From: Myxococcota bacterium
GTDB lineage: Bacteria; Myxococcota_A; UBA9042
Direction of reading: 5' to 3'
DNA: 55,126 nucleotides
NCBI GenBank assembly: GCA_044347905.1
Contig: JBIKTV010000001.1
Span: 1-55,126, forward strand
Shown here: positions 10,152-19,629 of the stretch, in pieces
Layout of the letters: every line of letters starts with the position of its first letter
Numbering within the stretch: position 1 is the first letter of the stretch
Notes under the pieces: generated by a model
Seen by the model: the letters and a program-made list of their open reading frames with translations, nothing else
Told to the model about the DNA's origin: nothing
Databases searched by the model: none
Made by a program: the position numbers and the translations under genes

Positions 10152-12246
10152 AGGTTCCGCGCCCCTGGGTCAGCGAACGCAATTCCGTCGCGTAGCCAAA
10201 CATTTGCCGCAGGGGCGCCTGGGCCAGCACTGCGCGAAAGCCGCCGCTTCGCTCGACCACATCGCTGACCACGCCGCGCCGACCGCTCAGGCTAGAGAGG
10301 GCCTCCCCCAGCGCGTCCCCCGGCACTTGAACCTCAACATCCATAATGGGTTCCAGCATCACCGGCCCGGCGTGGCGCACCGCTTCTCGCACCGCCTTGG
10401 CCGTGGCGATCTGGTAGGCCATGGGCCTCGATTGCCCGTCTTTCCAAAGTCCGTCGATCAGGGTGACCTTGAGGTCGTCGAGCGGATAGCCTTCGACCAC
10501 CCCCGCGTGCATCGCGTCATACGCCCCTTGCCGACACATCGCCGCGGTCTCGCCCTGGGTAAAGTGCCGCTCCGTCACGCCGGGATCAATGGCAAATTCA
10601 AAGCCTTGGCCGCGAGGCAGCGGCTCTACCCGCACCTTGACCGAGCCAAACAGGTGCAGCTCTTCGCCGTGCTTCTCGCCTTGGTGCTTTTCCACGTGCC
10701 GCTCAAAAATACCCTGCGCTTCAGCGGCTTTACTGATGGTCTCGCGCAGCATCACCTGCGGCTTGCCCACGCGCACTTCCAGGCCATAGGTGCGCCGCAG
10801 CCGGTCGACCGCCACCTCCAGGTGCAGTTCGCCCATGCCGCTGATGACCAACTGCCCGGTATCCTTGTCCTCTCCGCTGCGCAACGTCGGATCCTCGTCC
10901 ACCAGCTTGGCCAGCGCTTCGATCAGACCGTCGCGGTCCTTGAGCGCCCCGGGCTCGATCGCCTGGGTGACCACCGGCTCGTAGCCCGTCATCTGCTCCA
11001 GCAGAATCGGCTGGTGGGTATCCGCCAAGGTATCGCCGGTCATGGTCGTTTTGAGGCCCATCACCGCGCAAATCTGCCCCGCGCTCACACTGGCCACCCG
11101 GGTCTTTTGCACCGCGTGCAGCAGCACCAGCCGCGAGACCTTTTCGCTTATGCCGCGGCTGGCGTTCCACACGTCATCGCCTTCGCGCAGCGTACCGGAG
11201 TAAAGCCGCAGAAATACAAAGCGCCGGCCTTCATCCAGCGGCGAAACCTTAAACGCTAGGGCGCACAGCGGACCGTTGGGGTCGGCATCGCGGTGGAGCA
11301 ATTCGCCGGTGCGCGGATGCAGTCCCTCCACCGCCGGCACGTCTAGCGGCGAAGGCAGCCAGTCGACAATCGCGTCCAACAGCGGCGGAATCCCTCGGTT
11401 TTTTAGCGCGGATCCGCACAGCAACGGCACAAACCGCCCGGACACGGTGGCGCGGCGAATCGCTTGGCTCAGCTCCTCTGGCTCCAAGTCGCGGCCCTCC
11501 AACCACGCATCGGCCACGGCGTCGTCGACATCGGCCAGCACCTCAATCAGCTCCTGGCGGCGCAGCAATTGGTCGCTCGTCAGGCCAATTTCCTCTTGCA
11601 TTGCCTTGGGATCTTCCGGGTCTGGAAAGAGCAGCTGCCGGCGCCACACCAGGTCGGCACAGCCCACAAACTCCGCCTCACTGCCCAGCGGCCACTGCAC
11701 CGCGGCGATGCGCTTGTCGATGCCAGCCGGCAGGCCAGGGGCGCTCAGGGCGTGGTTGGGCCCGGCAAAGTGCTGGCGCATCGACGCCAAGGTCATGGCA
11801 AAATCGGCGCCTACCCGGTCCATTTTGTTGGCAAAAGCGATGCGCGGCACCCTCCAACGGTCGGCCTGGCGCCACACCGTCTCGCTCTGGGGCTCTACGC
11901 CGTTGGCCGCGTCAAACACCGCCACTGCGCCGTCCAGCACGCGCAGAGACCGCTCAACTTCCACCGTGAAATCAACGTGTCCAGGCGTATCGATCAGGTG
12001 CAGGTCGCAGTCGCGCCAGGTCAAGCTGGTGGCCGCAGAGGTGATGGTGATGCCGCGCTCGCGCTCTTGGGGCATCCAGTCCAGCACCGCCTCACCGTCG
12101 TGGACCTCGCCCATGCGGTAACTGCGGCCCGCGACAAACAAAAGCCGCTCGCCCACCGTGGTCTTGCCGGCGTCGATGTGGGCCATGATGCCCAGGTTGC
12201 GCATCTGCCGCAGCTTGAATTGGCTAGGGGCTTCCTTGTGGCTCAT
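10114..12246 (-). CDS. Elongation factor G family GTPase (EF-G paralog)
   Basis: G1 AHIDAGKTT, G3 DTPGHVDF, G4 NKMD. Domains II-V recognisable over 710 aa. N-terminus diverges from canonical FusA. The 3' end overlaps cusA by 38 nt (convergent). Confidence 0.9.
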   Translation of the reverse strand: MSHKEAPSQFKLRQMRNLGIMAHIDAGKTTVGERLLFVAGRSYRMGEVHDGEAVLDWMPQERERGITITSAATSLTWRDCDLHLIDTPGHVDFTVEVERSLRVLDGAVAVFDAANGVEPQSETVWRQADRWRVPRIAFANKMDRVGADFAMTLASMRQHFAGPNHALSAPGLPAGIDKRIAAVQWPLGSEAEFVGCADLVWRRQLLFPDPEDPKAMQEEIGLTSDQLLRRQELIEVLADVDDAVADAWLEGRDLEPEELSQAIRRATVSGRFVPLLCGSALKNRGIPPLLDAIVDWLPSPLDVPAVEGLHPRTGELLHRDADPNGPLCALAFKVSPLDEGRRFVFLRLYSGTLREGDDVWNASRGISEKVSRLVLLHAVQKTRVASVSAGQICAVMGLKTTMTGDTLADTHQPILLEQMTGYEPVVTQAIEPGALKDRDGLIEALAKLVDEDPTLRSGEDKDTGQLVISGMGELHLEVAVDRLRRTYGLEVRVGKPQVMLRETISKAAEAQGIFERHVEKHQGEKHGEELHLFGSVKVRVEPLPRGQGFEFAIDPGVTERHFTQGETAAMCRQGAYDAMHAGVVEGYPLDDLKVTLIDGLWKDGQSRPMAYQIATAKAVREAVRHAGPVMLEPIMDVEVQVPGDALGEALSSLSGRRGVVSDVVERSGGFRAVLAQAPLRQMFGYATELRSLTQGRGTFTMRFAQFDRAA

Positions 12247-12288
12247 GGGGCGACCTCGCTCTGGCGTGCCGCGATGCTACACGAAATC

Positions 12289-13506
12289 TCAGCCCAATTC
12301 GACGTACACAAGCTCGACGATGCGCCGCAGGCCCTGTTCCACCACTTTGGTCTCCGGGTGGCGCAGCAGGGCAAAACCGTCGCCCTCATAGCTGCTGTTG
12401 GGCCGCGCGCCCAGGTGCGGCAGCTTGGTCTCTACCACCAGGTGGCCCAGCTCGCGCTGCGCCTGTTCCAGGCCGTGGATCGCCTTGATGCGCCCCTGAC
12501 CCTGCCCGCGGAAAAATGCGGCGCCGGCTGCGTACTTGCGCTGCGGCACAGTGAACTGGCCGTGGGTCATCAGCAGCGCCCAGGCCTTGTACAGGTCAAA
12601 ATCGCAGGCCAGGCTGTTGAGGCTGACGATCTGCGCCCCCGGCGGCCGTGCGGCAATTTCGCTAATGGCCAAGCGCCCATCGGGGCGGCGAAACCACTCC
12701 ATGTGCGACATGCCGGTGTCCATCCCCAGGGCCTGCAGGGCGGCAAAACCGGCCTTGCGCACGTCGTCATAGCGGGCGTCGTCGACCTCGCGGGGCAGCA
12801 AGACGCACCACTGAATCCAGGGATTGCGCACGGCATCCAGGGGGTTGGGCAGATAGCGCGTCAGCGACTGCCAGAGCGGCTTGCCCTGAAAGCTCAGGAC
12901 TTCAAAGCTATATTCATCGCCGGTGATGAACTCTTCGATCACCGCCGGGCGATTCTCCGCCGGCCGCACGTTGAGCAGCGCTTCGGCCAGCTGCTTGTCA
13001 TTGTCCACGCGGAAGGTGCCCTTGGAGCCAGCCCCTTCGCGCGGCTTAATCACCAAGGGATAGCCGACCTTGCCCGCAAACTGCCAGGCGTCTGAAGACG
13101 ACTTGACCTCGCGGTGGCGGGCGCACGGAAGCTCGGCTTGCTGCAGCACGTCCTTCATCCGCGCTTTGTCCCGGAAATTGCGCGCTGCAGCGGGGGTCAA
13201 GCCGCCCAGGCCCAGCGCCGCCCGCACGTCGGCCAGCTGCACCTGGATGTGCTCCAAGGCCCCAAAAAGCTTGTCGATCTTGCCGTGCTTGCTCTCCAAC
13301 AGCTTGGCACCGCGCTCGATGTGGCGGGCGTCCAGGGCGTCGTCGATCTGGCAGAAGCCGCAGAGCTGGGCGCGCAGGTCGTCCGGCACTTTGAACGGCG
13401 GCTCCTGGGTCAGCAGCGAGCAGCGCACCCCAGGCGTAGTGGCCACGGCGCGGACAAAGCGCAGCGTGGTGTCCATGAAGAACGGCGCGACAAAAACAAC
13501 ATGCAT
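12289..13506 (-). CDS. ATP-grasp domain protein (carboxylate-amine ligase-like)
   Basis: 405 aa. NFRDKARMKDVL..., GYPLVIKPREGAGSKG, EEFITGDEYSFE, HMEWFRRPDGRLAISEIAARPPG are typical ATP-grasp blocks. Confidence 0.8.
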   Translation of the reverse strand: MHVVFVAPFFMDTTLRFVRAVATTPGVRCSLLTQEPPFKVPDDLRAQLCGFCQIDDALDARHIERGAKLLESKHGKIDKLFGALEHIQVQLADVRAALGLGGLTPAAARNFRDKARMKDVLQQAELPCARHREVKSSSDAWQFAGKVGYPLVIKPREGAGSKGTFRVDNDKQLAEALLNVRPAENRPAVIEEFITGDEYSFEVLSFQGKPLWQSLTRYLPNPLDAVRNPWIQWCVLLPREVDDARYDDVRKAGFAALQALGMDTGMSHMEWFRRPDGRLAISEIAARPPGAQIVSLNSLACDFDLYKAWALLMTHGQFTVPQRKYAAGAAFFRGQGQGRIKAIHGLEQAQRELGHLVVETKLPHLGARPNSSYEGDGFALLRHPETKVVEQGLRRIVELVYVELG

Positions 13507-13569
13507 AGCAAGGCCTTTCTTGCTCAGGAGCGGGGCCTGAGGGGTGTTGGCGACGGGAATGGGCGGCGG

Positions 13570-14973
13570 CTAGGCTTTCTTTGCGCGCGCGGCCTTCTTC
13601 TTGGCGGGCTCGGCCAGCACCAGCGGCTCAGCGGCCGATTCCACGGGTATTTCCGCGACAACCGCCGGCGCAGGTGCCACCTCAGCCACGGGCACGCCCA
13701 GCCGCACGTCGCGCTGCGCTTTGGCCACGGCCATGCGGTCGACTTCGGTCTTGCGCCAGAACTGCACGAGCCCGTAGAAGTGATCGGTGAACTGCTCGAC
13801 CTCATGGGCCGGGAACAGCGCCGCCACCTTGGCGCGGACGATCTCCTTGGCCTTGGGGGTGCCAAAGAATTCCCAAACGACTTCATCGATGTGCGGCAGG
13901 TGCTTGTCGCAGAACTCCACAAAGCGGTCGGTCTCAAAGCGCTGATGGGCGATCTTGGTGTACTCGCGCATGCGGTCTTCGAGCGAGAGGTCCTTCTTGA
14001 CCACGGCGTAGTACGGCGCCCAATCGAGGTTTGGCTTGAATTCGCGCTTGGTTGCGGCACAGAACAGCGACCACTTGATCATGTTCTTGACCATGACCGG
14101 GAAGTGGTAGTGCAGCGACGTGACCTGGAAGTCCGGGCAAGCGTTGGCAAAGTCGATGGGATAGAAGGTGCCGTTCTGCCGCAGCGACTCGCAGGAGTTG
14201 AACTCCCACTGAAAGAAGCTGTTGATCGTCAGGCACATATCGCTCAAGCGCTGGTACTCGGCGCCGTCGACAAAGTTGAACGCCACCTCATAGCGACCGT
14301 GCAGCGGCGCGTCGGGGTTGTACTTGACGATGTGGGTCTGCGGCCCAATGCCAATCGCGCGGACAAACAGGTCAAACGGCGCCACGGCCTTCTGCACGTG
14401 CATGAGCCGCTGCCCGGATTTCTCATACGCCGCCTTGAGTTCCTGGTCATTGTTGATCTTGGTCACGCCCACCCAGGCGCCGCCGTCGTAGGGCTTCATG
14501 AACACGGGGTAGCCCAGCGACTGGCCGACCTTGGTCAGGTCAAAAAGCCGGGCGTAGCGGTTCAAGGTGGTCTTGGCATCGCTGAGATCTTGGCTGTATT
14601 CCTTGGGCGGCACCATCCAGGTCTCGGGCACCTGCAGGCCCAGGTGCATCATCGCCGCGTAGGACGTGTGCTTCTCCATCGACTGCAGAGACCATGGATT
14701 ATTCAGCACATACAGACCGTCCATGATCACGGCTTTCTTGATCCACTCGCGGGTGGTCTGGTACCAGTGGGTCAGGCGGTCGATGACGACGTCGTACTTA
14801 ACGGGCTGCTTGAGGTCAAAAGGCTCAATCGTCACCCGCTCGATCTCAAATTCCACCGAATCGCCGTCGATGGGCAGGGTCAGCTTGAGGTTCTTGACGA
14901 TCTCTTCATAGGCTGCGGGCCAGCACAGGTCGGCACCAAGCGACAATCCGATTTTACGCGTGTAGTTGGCCAT
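13570..14973 (-). CDS. Divergent ATP-grasp-like protein (RimK/glutathione-synthetase-like core) with an Ala/Pro/Lys-rich C-terminal tail
   Basis: ORF 13570..15033 trimmed to the ATG at 14973 (MANYTRKIGLSLG...). GYPVFMKPYDGGAWVGVTKI and downstream blocks fit an ATP-grasp fold. Directly upstream of the first ATP-grasp gene. Confidence 0.7.
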   Translation of the reverse strand: MANYTRKIGLSLGADLCWPAAYEEIVKNLKLTLPIDGDSVEFEIERVTIEPFDLKQPVKYDVVIDRLTHWYQTTREWIKKAVIMDGLYVLNNPWSLQSMEKHTSYAAMMHLGLQVPETWMVPPKEYSQDLSDAKTTLNRYARLFDLTKVGQSLGYPVFMKPYDGGAWVGVTKINNDQELKAAYEKSGQRLMHVQKAVAPFDLFVRAIGIGPQTHIVKYNPDAPLHGRYEVAFNFVDGAEYQRLSDMCLTINSFFQWEFNSCESLRQNGTFYPIDFANACPDFQVTSLHYHFPVMVKNMIKWSLFCAATKREFKPNLDWAPYYAVVKKDLSLEDRMREYTKIAHQRFETDRFVEFCDKHLPHIDEVVWEFFGTPKAKEIVRAKVAALFPAHEVEQFTDHFYGLVQFWRKTEVDRMAVAKAQRDVRLGVPVAEVAPAPAVVAEIPVESAAEPLVLAEPAKKKAARAKKA

Positions 14974-15128
14974 GATCGCCCTCACTTTTTTGAGCTGCCC
15001 GTGGATACCTTGCGGTCCATGCCCCCCAAGCACCGCCGCGGCGCGGGAGACGGACTTCGCGCTGACGGCCAGCAGTAAGCGGCCTGCTCAGACTGGCCGC
15101 GGATGGTAAGGGATTTGGTGCGTTCGCG

Positions 15129-16088
15129 CTACAGCGGCAAGGTTCGCACGCAGCGAAAACCCAGGTACTCCACGCGCACCGGCGGCCCGTAGGCGCTGCG
15201 GAAGGCAAAGCTGGCCTCGCCCTTGCCATAGCGGTAGTTGCCGCCGCGGAACACCCGATTATCGCCGGTCTTTGGCCCAAGCGGATCGCTGACGGCGCTG
15301 CGCGGGTATTCGCCTTGCCAGTCCCACACCCACTCGCCGGCGTTGCCTAGCATGTCATAAAGGCCAAATGCATTTGCGCGTTTACCCTTTATAGCCTGAA
15401 GCTTTAGATTCGAGTTCTCATCAAACCATGCGGAGTCCATGATATTAGCCGGAGCACTAGCCGTCTCACCTGCGCGTGCGGCGTGTTCCCACTCCGCTTC
15501 TGTCGGCAGGCGATAGCCGCTGCAGGCCACGCCCTCCGGCCAATGCACCGCGAAGCCGTCGATGCGGTAACACGGCGCCAACGCTTGCTTCTTGGACAGT
15601 TCATTGCAGAACGTCGCCGCCTGGTACCAGGACACCATCGTCGCCGGGCAATTGGCGCAGCCGCTGAGCTGATCTGCAGAAGTAGCCATCACAGAAGCGT
15701 AATACTGCGCGGTGACCTCGGCGCTCATCATCTCAAACGGCCGGCTCAGGGTGACCGGGTGCTTGGGGGCGTCATTGTAGCCCGGGCCGTTGTCTTCATC
15801 GCTTTGGCCCATGTCAAAGCGGCCGGCGGGGACCACGACAAACCCTTCGGTTTTTCCGGCCTTGACGCGCTTGGGCGCCGCTGACTCTTGAACCGCTGGG
15901 TCTTGGCCTGCTGGGCTGGGCGCTTCAGCCAGCGCCGTTTCGCCCGCAGCGGCCGTGGCAGGGGCCTGGAGCGCAGCGCCCAGCTGGGCGGCTGGGGCCT
16001 TGGCTTTGCACCCCAGGCCAGCCACGGCGCTCAGCGACCAGAGCAGGGCAATGCGCAAAAAACGCTGGGAGCAGCTAGGATTGTACAT
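15129..16088 (-). CDS. Formylglycine-generating-enzyme (SUMF1/FGE-sulfatase) domain lipoprotein
   Basis: Lipobox SAVAGLGC. PAGRFDMGQ, HPVTLSRPFEM, NAFGLYDMLGNAGEWVWDW and RVFRGGNYRY are FGE-family blocks. The start overlaps the GH15 stop by 14 nt. Confidence 0.85.
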   Translation of the reverse strand: MYNPSCSQRFLRIALLWSLSAVAGLGCKAKAPAAQLGAALQAPATAAAGETALAEAPSPAGQDPAVQESAAPKRVKAGKTEGFVVVPAGRFDMGQSDEDNGPGYNDAPKHPVTLSRPFEMMSAEVTAQYYASVMATSADQLSGCANCPATMVSWYQAATFCNELSKKQALAPCYRIDGFAVHWPEGVACSGYRLPTEAEWEHAARAGETASAPANIMDSAWFDENSNLKLQAIKGKRANAFGLYDMLGNAGEWVWDWQGEYPRSAVSDPLGPKTGDNRVFRGGNYRYGKGEASFAFRSAYGPPVRVEYLGFRCVRTLPL

Positions 16089-18714
16089 GGGTCCCCCTTC
16101 GACGCGCGGCGATCAGTGCGGCCGCGGTCAGCAGCGAGACCAGGCTAGCGAGCTGACCTTGCGGTGAGGTGTGGCAGCCGCTGTCGACTGCGGGCGGTGC
16201 GGGGCTGGGCGGCGATGGAGCGTCTTTGATAAACGTCAAGTCGCTATTTGTCAATTCCTTGGCCGCGTCACCGGCCTCGGCGGACGGGGCATCGCCGGAC
16301 GGGGCATCGGCGGCGTCGGAGATATCGCCAGCAGAATCAAAGGTATCTGCGGGGCCAGCGTCTGTCGGGTTGGCGTCTGTCGGGCCAGCGTCTGTCGGCT
16401 CGCTGTCTGCGGGAGCGACATCGCCGGCATCGACGGGCCCACCGGCGTCTGGCCCAGCGCCCGCATCGGGGCCCACCGGCTCGCCCGCCTGAAGGCACGC
16501 GCTGAGGTCATCGCCATACGCCTCGCCGCCCAGGGCCAGCAGCGCCGCGCCTGCGCCAAAGCCCATCATCGGCACCGCCCCGGCAAATTGCCCGGCGTTT
16601 GCGCCCACATTGCCCAGCAGTTCAGGAAGGATGCCGCCGCCTTGCCGGGCCACGAGCCGCAGCCGCTCCCGCAGCTGATCGAGCTGAACCTGAAGAGGGG
16701 CGCCCGCAGCGACGGCGCGGTCCAGCCAGCGCAGCACCCGCAGGTCGATGAACAGCCACTCCTGACTGTCGTACTCGCCGCCGTCGTCGTTGCGGAAGAA
16801 GCCCGGCCCGCCCCCTGCGGCCAGCTGCTGCCAGGCGCTCCACGAGGCCTGCGCCACCTGGCCCCACGGGGAAAACTGGCCGTCGACAAAGGCTTCTACC
16901 GCGGCAAGGTCCAGGGCCTTGGCGGGCGGTTCCTCAAGATTGCCCAGAAGAAAGCTATTTCCAGGAGCGAGCTTAAGCTGGATAGCTTGATGTATCGCCT
17001 TCGCTTTACTCCGATACTGCCCAGCCAGCTTGCCTTCTCCCGCCGCAGTGGCCAGCCTCGCCGCGCCGCACAGCCCGCGCACCGCCGTCAGCGAGGTGTA
17101 GGCGAAGTGCTTTTCCTGGCCGTTCCAGTGCACTTCCCAAATCGAGGAGTCTTTCTTCACCAAACCAGTGTCATCCGTCGAATTCATCAGAGGATTTGCG
17201 ATGAGATCGCGGATCGACGGCCACCACTGCGCCAGAAAGTCGCTATCCGCGGAAGCGTCGAAGTAGCGCGCCGCCTGCCACAGCACCAGACCAAAGCCGT
17301 CTAGCTCAATGTTGGGGCCAAACTCATTGAAATCGCTTTCTTCTGTCCCGCCGCCCCAGTAGCGCGTGGCTGAGATCAGATAGGGCGCGCCCACCTCCTT
17401 TTGGAACTGGCCCACCTTGCCGCGCAGCAGGAATTCCAGAGCCGCCTTGGCCTCTTGCAGGTGACCTGTCGCCGCCAGCGCCACGCCCGCGTAGGACTGG
17501 TCGCGCGGCCAGGTGATGTTCCACATGCCCGGCGGCAGGCTCGCGACGATCTGGCCTTGGGGAGCCAGACCCGATCCGGCCGGCCCCAGGTTGTCTTCGC
17601 GGCACTGGGCCATGCGCAAAAGCATCAGCGATCGCCGGTAGATCAGCAGGTCTTCCGCAGATAGACCCGGAAGTTCTGCAGCTTTGGCGTGCCAAGTCTG
17701 CCAATCGGTCTGCTCGTCTTGCAGCAACTGCCCGGCGCTGCGCCCTTGCAGCCACTGGTCGCCTTGGCTCGCCAGCTGGACCGCAGTGGCCCCGTCGCCG
17801 TAGAGGGCCAGCAGCGCCACCGTCGCCGATTTGCCAGCGGGCACCTGGAGTTTCCACAGCATCCCGCCTACGCGATCCGCGCCCGGCCCAGCGTCAGCGC
17901 TTGTGCCCAGCGGGGCGCCGCTCTGGAAGCTGTTGTAGGGATTGAGGCTTTCCAGGGTCTGTGGCGTCCCAGGCCCGCTCTGCGCCGCGTCGGCCGCCAG
18001 ACCATCCACCGCGCGCACCCACAGCCGGTGAGGCGAGGCGGAGCTGCGTTCATACAGGGCTCGCGGCGCGTGCTTGGAAATTTCCTCTGGCGTGTCGGCA
18101 GGTTGAGGAGCCCCCGGGCCGACATGAAAATTCAACAGCGCCGCCAGCTCCAGGGTCTGGTCGGCGGAGTCGCCATTGACCACCTGGGCCAGCAGCACAA
18201 AACCGCGGCCCTTGAGGCTCTGCGGCACCCAGGCAAAAGTGTGAAGCTCTACTTTAGGATTGGCAGTCCAACTGCGCTTGTCAACGATGATTCCAGAGGC
18301 ATCTAAATAGCCAAAGCTCGGCTGGTCTCCCAGGCAAGCTTGGCCCTTGGCACAGCCCACCAGGGCCATGTCCTTGCCCCATTGGCCGCCCGTTCCGGCC
18401 GCGCTTCGCAGACCAAAGTAGGCGTCGTGCAACACGTCTTGGCTCAGCTGCCCGGGCAGAATCGCCTGGTAGGGGTGCAGCCAGAGGTCGGTCAGCGCGC
18501 CTTTTGCGTGGTCCATCACCGCCACAGCCCGGCCATTGGCGGCGATCCTGAGCGGATACGGCTTGGGCGGCGGCAGAGCAGCGAGGGCAACGGAGGTCGA
18601 CAGAAATGCAAAAAGCGCAGCCACTGCCGTGTGTTTGAGGAGGGTCCCCCCGGCGATGGGCCAGGTGCGGGACGTGCTTTGCTTGCGGGCCAGAGGCGGG
18701 AGTTGCAGCTTCAT
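16075..18714 (-). CDS. Glycoside hydrolase family 15 (glucoamylase/glucodextranase-like) with an Asp/Ala/Pro-rich linker and a GC-hydrophobic-Arg C-terminal tail
   Basis: ORF 16075..18753 trimmed to the ATG at 18714 (MKLQLPP...). GH15-like blocks NITWPRDQSYAGVAL and DSSIWEVHWNGQEKHFAYTS. Tail DSGCHTSPQGQLASLVSLLTAAALIAARRRG. Confidence 0.75.
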   Translation of the reverse strand: MKLQLPPLARKQSTSRTWPIAGGTLLKHTAVAALFAFLSTSVALAALPPPKPYPLRIAANGRAVAVMDHAKGALTDLWLHPYQAILPGQLSQDVLHDAYFGLRSAAGTGGQWGKDMALVGCAKGQACLGDQPSFGYLDASGIIVDKRSWTANPKVELHTFAWVPQSLKGRGFVLLAQVVNGDSADQTLELAALLNFHVGPGAPQPADTPEEISKHAPRALYERSSASPHRLWVRAVDGLAADAAQSGPGTPQTLESLNPYNSFQSGAPLGTSADAGPGADRVGGMLWKLQVPAGKSATVALLALYGDGATAVQLASQGDQWLQGRSAGQLLQDEQTDWQTWHAKAAELPGLSAEDLLIYRRSLMLLRMAQCREDNLGPAGSGLAPQGQIVASLPPGMWNITWPRDQSYAGVALAATGHLQEAKAALEFLLRGKVGQFQKEVGAPYLISATRYWGGGTEESDFNEFGPNIELDGFGLVLWQAARYFDASADSDFLAQWWPSIRDLIANPLMNSTDDTGLVKKDSSIWEVHWNGQEKHFAYTSLTAVRGLCGAARLATAAGEGKLAGQYRSKAKAIHQAIQLKLAPGNSFLLGNLEEPPAKALDLAAVEAFVDGQFSPWGQVAQASWSAWQQLAAGGGPGFFRNDDGGEYDSQEWLFIDLRVLRWLDRAVAAGAPLQVQLDQLRERLRLVARQGGGILPELLGNVGANAGQFAGAVPMMGFGAGAALLALGGEAYGDDLSACLQAGEPVGPDAGAGPDAGGPVDAGDVAPADSEPTDAGPTDANPTDAGPADTFDSAGDISDAADAPSGDAPSAEAGDAAKELTNSDLTFIKDAPSPPSPAPPAVDSGCHTSPQGQLASLVSLLTAAALIAARRRGTHVQS

Positions 18715-18756
18715 GCCCCGGAGCCTATACCCCTCGCCGGGCCAAGTCGACACAGG

Positions 18757-19086
18757 CTAACTGGGCAAATCAATAGCGATCGTCACGCCCGCCAGTTGGC
18801 TCAGGGTGCTCGCCAGGATCTGCGCCAGCTCATCGCCGTGGCGCGGGTCGACCCAGCGGCCGTCGGCCTGCCGCTCAAAGTGCCAAGCGCGGTCGCCCGC
18901 GGCGTACCAGATCTGGCTCACGGGCACCTGGTGGTTGAGCACGTAGATCTGGCCCTTGGCGTTGCGGATCTTGACGACCCCGGCGGACAATTCGCCTTCA
19001 ATCACATCGGGATCTTCGCGATCGAGCCGGTTGAGCACGCTGCGGTACAGCCGGTCCGTGTACTGGCGGAATTCGAGCTCGTTCAT
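18757..19086 (-). CDS. cyaY: Frataxin homolog, iron-sulfur cluster assembly protein CyaY
   Basis: 109 aa. MNELEFRQYTD..., GVVKIRNAKGQIYVLNHQVPVSQIWYA, WHFE..DGRWVD match the CyaY family pattern. Confidence 0.85.
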   Translation of the reverse strand: MNELEFRQYTDRLYRSVLNRLDREDPDVIEGELSAGVVKIRNAKGQIYVLNHQVPVSQIWYAAGDRAWHFERQADGRWVDPRHGDELAQILASTLSQLAGVTIAIDLPS

Positions 19087-19500
19087 CTAGTCGGTCTCCT
19101 TGACCTGATTGCGGTTCCACGCCGGGATCTCCACCACGATGTCCTGGCTGCCGTCCGGCACCGCCTGGCAGGCGAGGCGCGACTGGGTGGTCAGGCCCGG
19201 CGCGGTGTCCAGCATGTCTTCCTCCGCCTCTTCGGGCGGGTTGCAGCTAGAATAGCCTTGGCGAATCACCACATGGCAGGTCGAGCAGCTGACGACACCG
19301 CCGCACGCGTGGTCCACTTTGGCGCCGTGGTGCAGCAAAATATCCAGCAGTGAGCCGGGCCGACCGTCGCGGCCAAACGGCAGCTGCGCCGGATCGACCT
19401 CGATCACCTGATCGCTGCCTGCGACCGTGACACGGTAAGGCCGCTTGGGCAAAGGGATAGAACTGGTCCGAATGTAGGGGTTGACGCCGCCCATGAGCAT
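19087..19500 (-). CDS. fdx: 2Fe-2S ferredoxin (adrenodoxin/ISC Fdx type)
   Basis: ORF 19087..19758 trimmed to the ATG at 19500. Cys ligand pattern ACGGVVSCSTCH...LACQ. The stop abuts the cyaY start. Confidence 0.8.
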   Translation of the reverse strand: MLMGGVNPYIRTSSIPLPKRPYRVTVAGSDQVIEVDPAQLPFGRDGRPGSLLDILLHHGAKVDHACGGVVSCSTCHVVIRQGYSSCNPPEEAEEDMLDTAPGLTTQSRLACQAVPDGSQDIVVEIPAWNRNQVKETD

Positions 19501-19629
19501 GTCCTCGGGGCCCTCGCCCCATTGACGGACCATTTTAGTCCGAGAATGGCGCCGCAGCAACCTTCGCCGCGCAGCCACCTGGAAAGCTTGGCGTTTGGTT
19601 GGGGTTTGGAACTGCTGCACCTTCGCGCT

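Noticed and set aside
16240-16500. Short quasi-tandem DNA repeats (about 15-nt units here; similar tracts at 2540..2610 and 26230..26470) considered as possible CRISPR or VNTR loci.
   Set aside because: They lie inside CDSs and encode low-complexity Asp/Ala/Pro/Thr linkers. There is no repeat-spacer architecture, and no cas genes are present.
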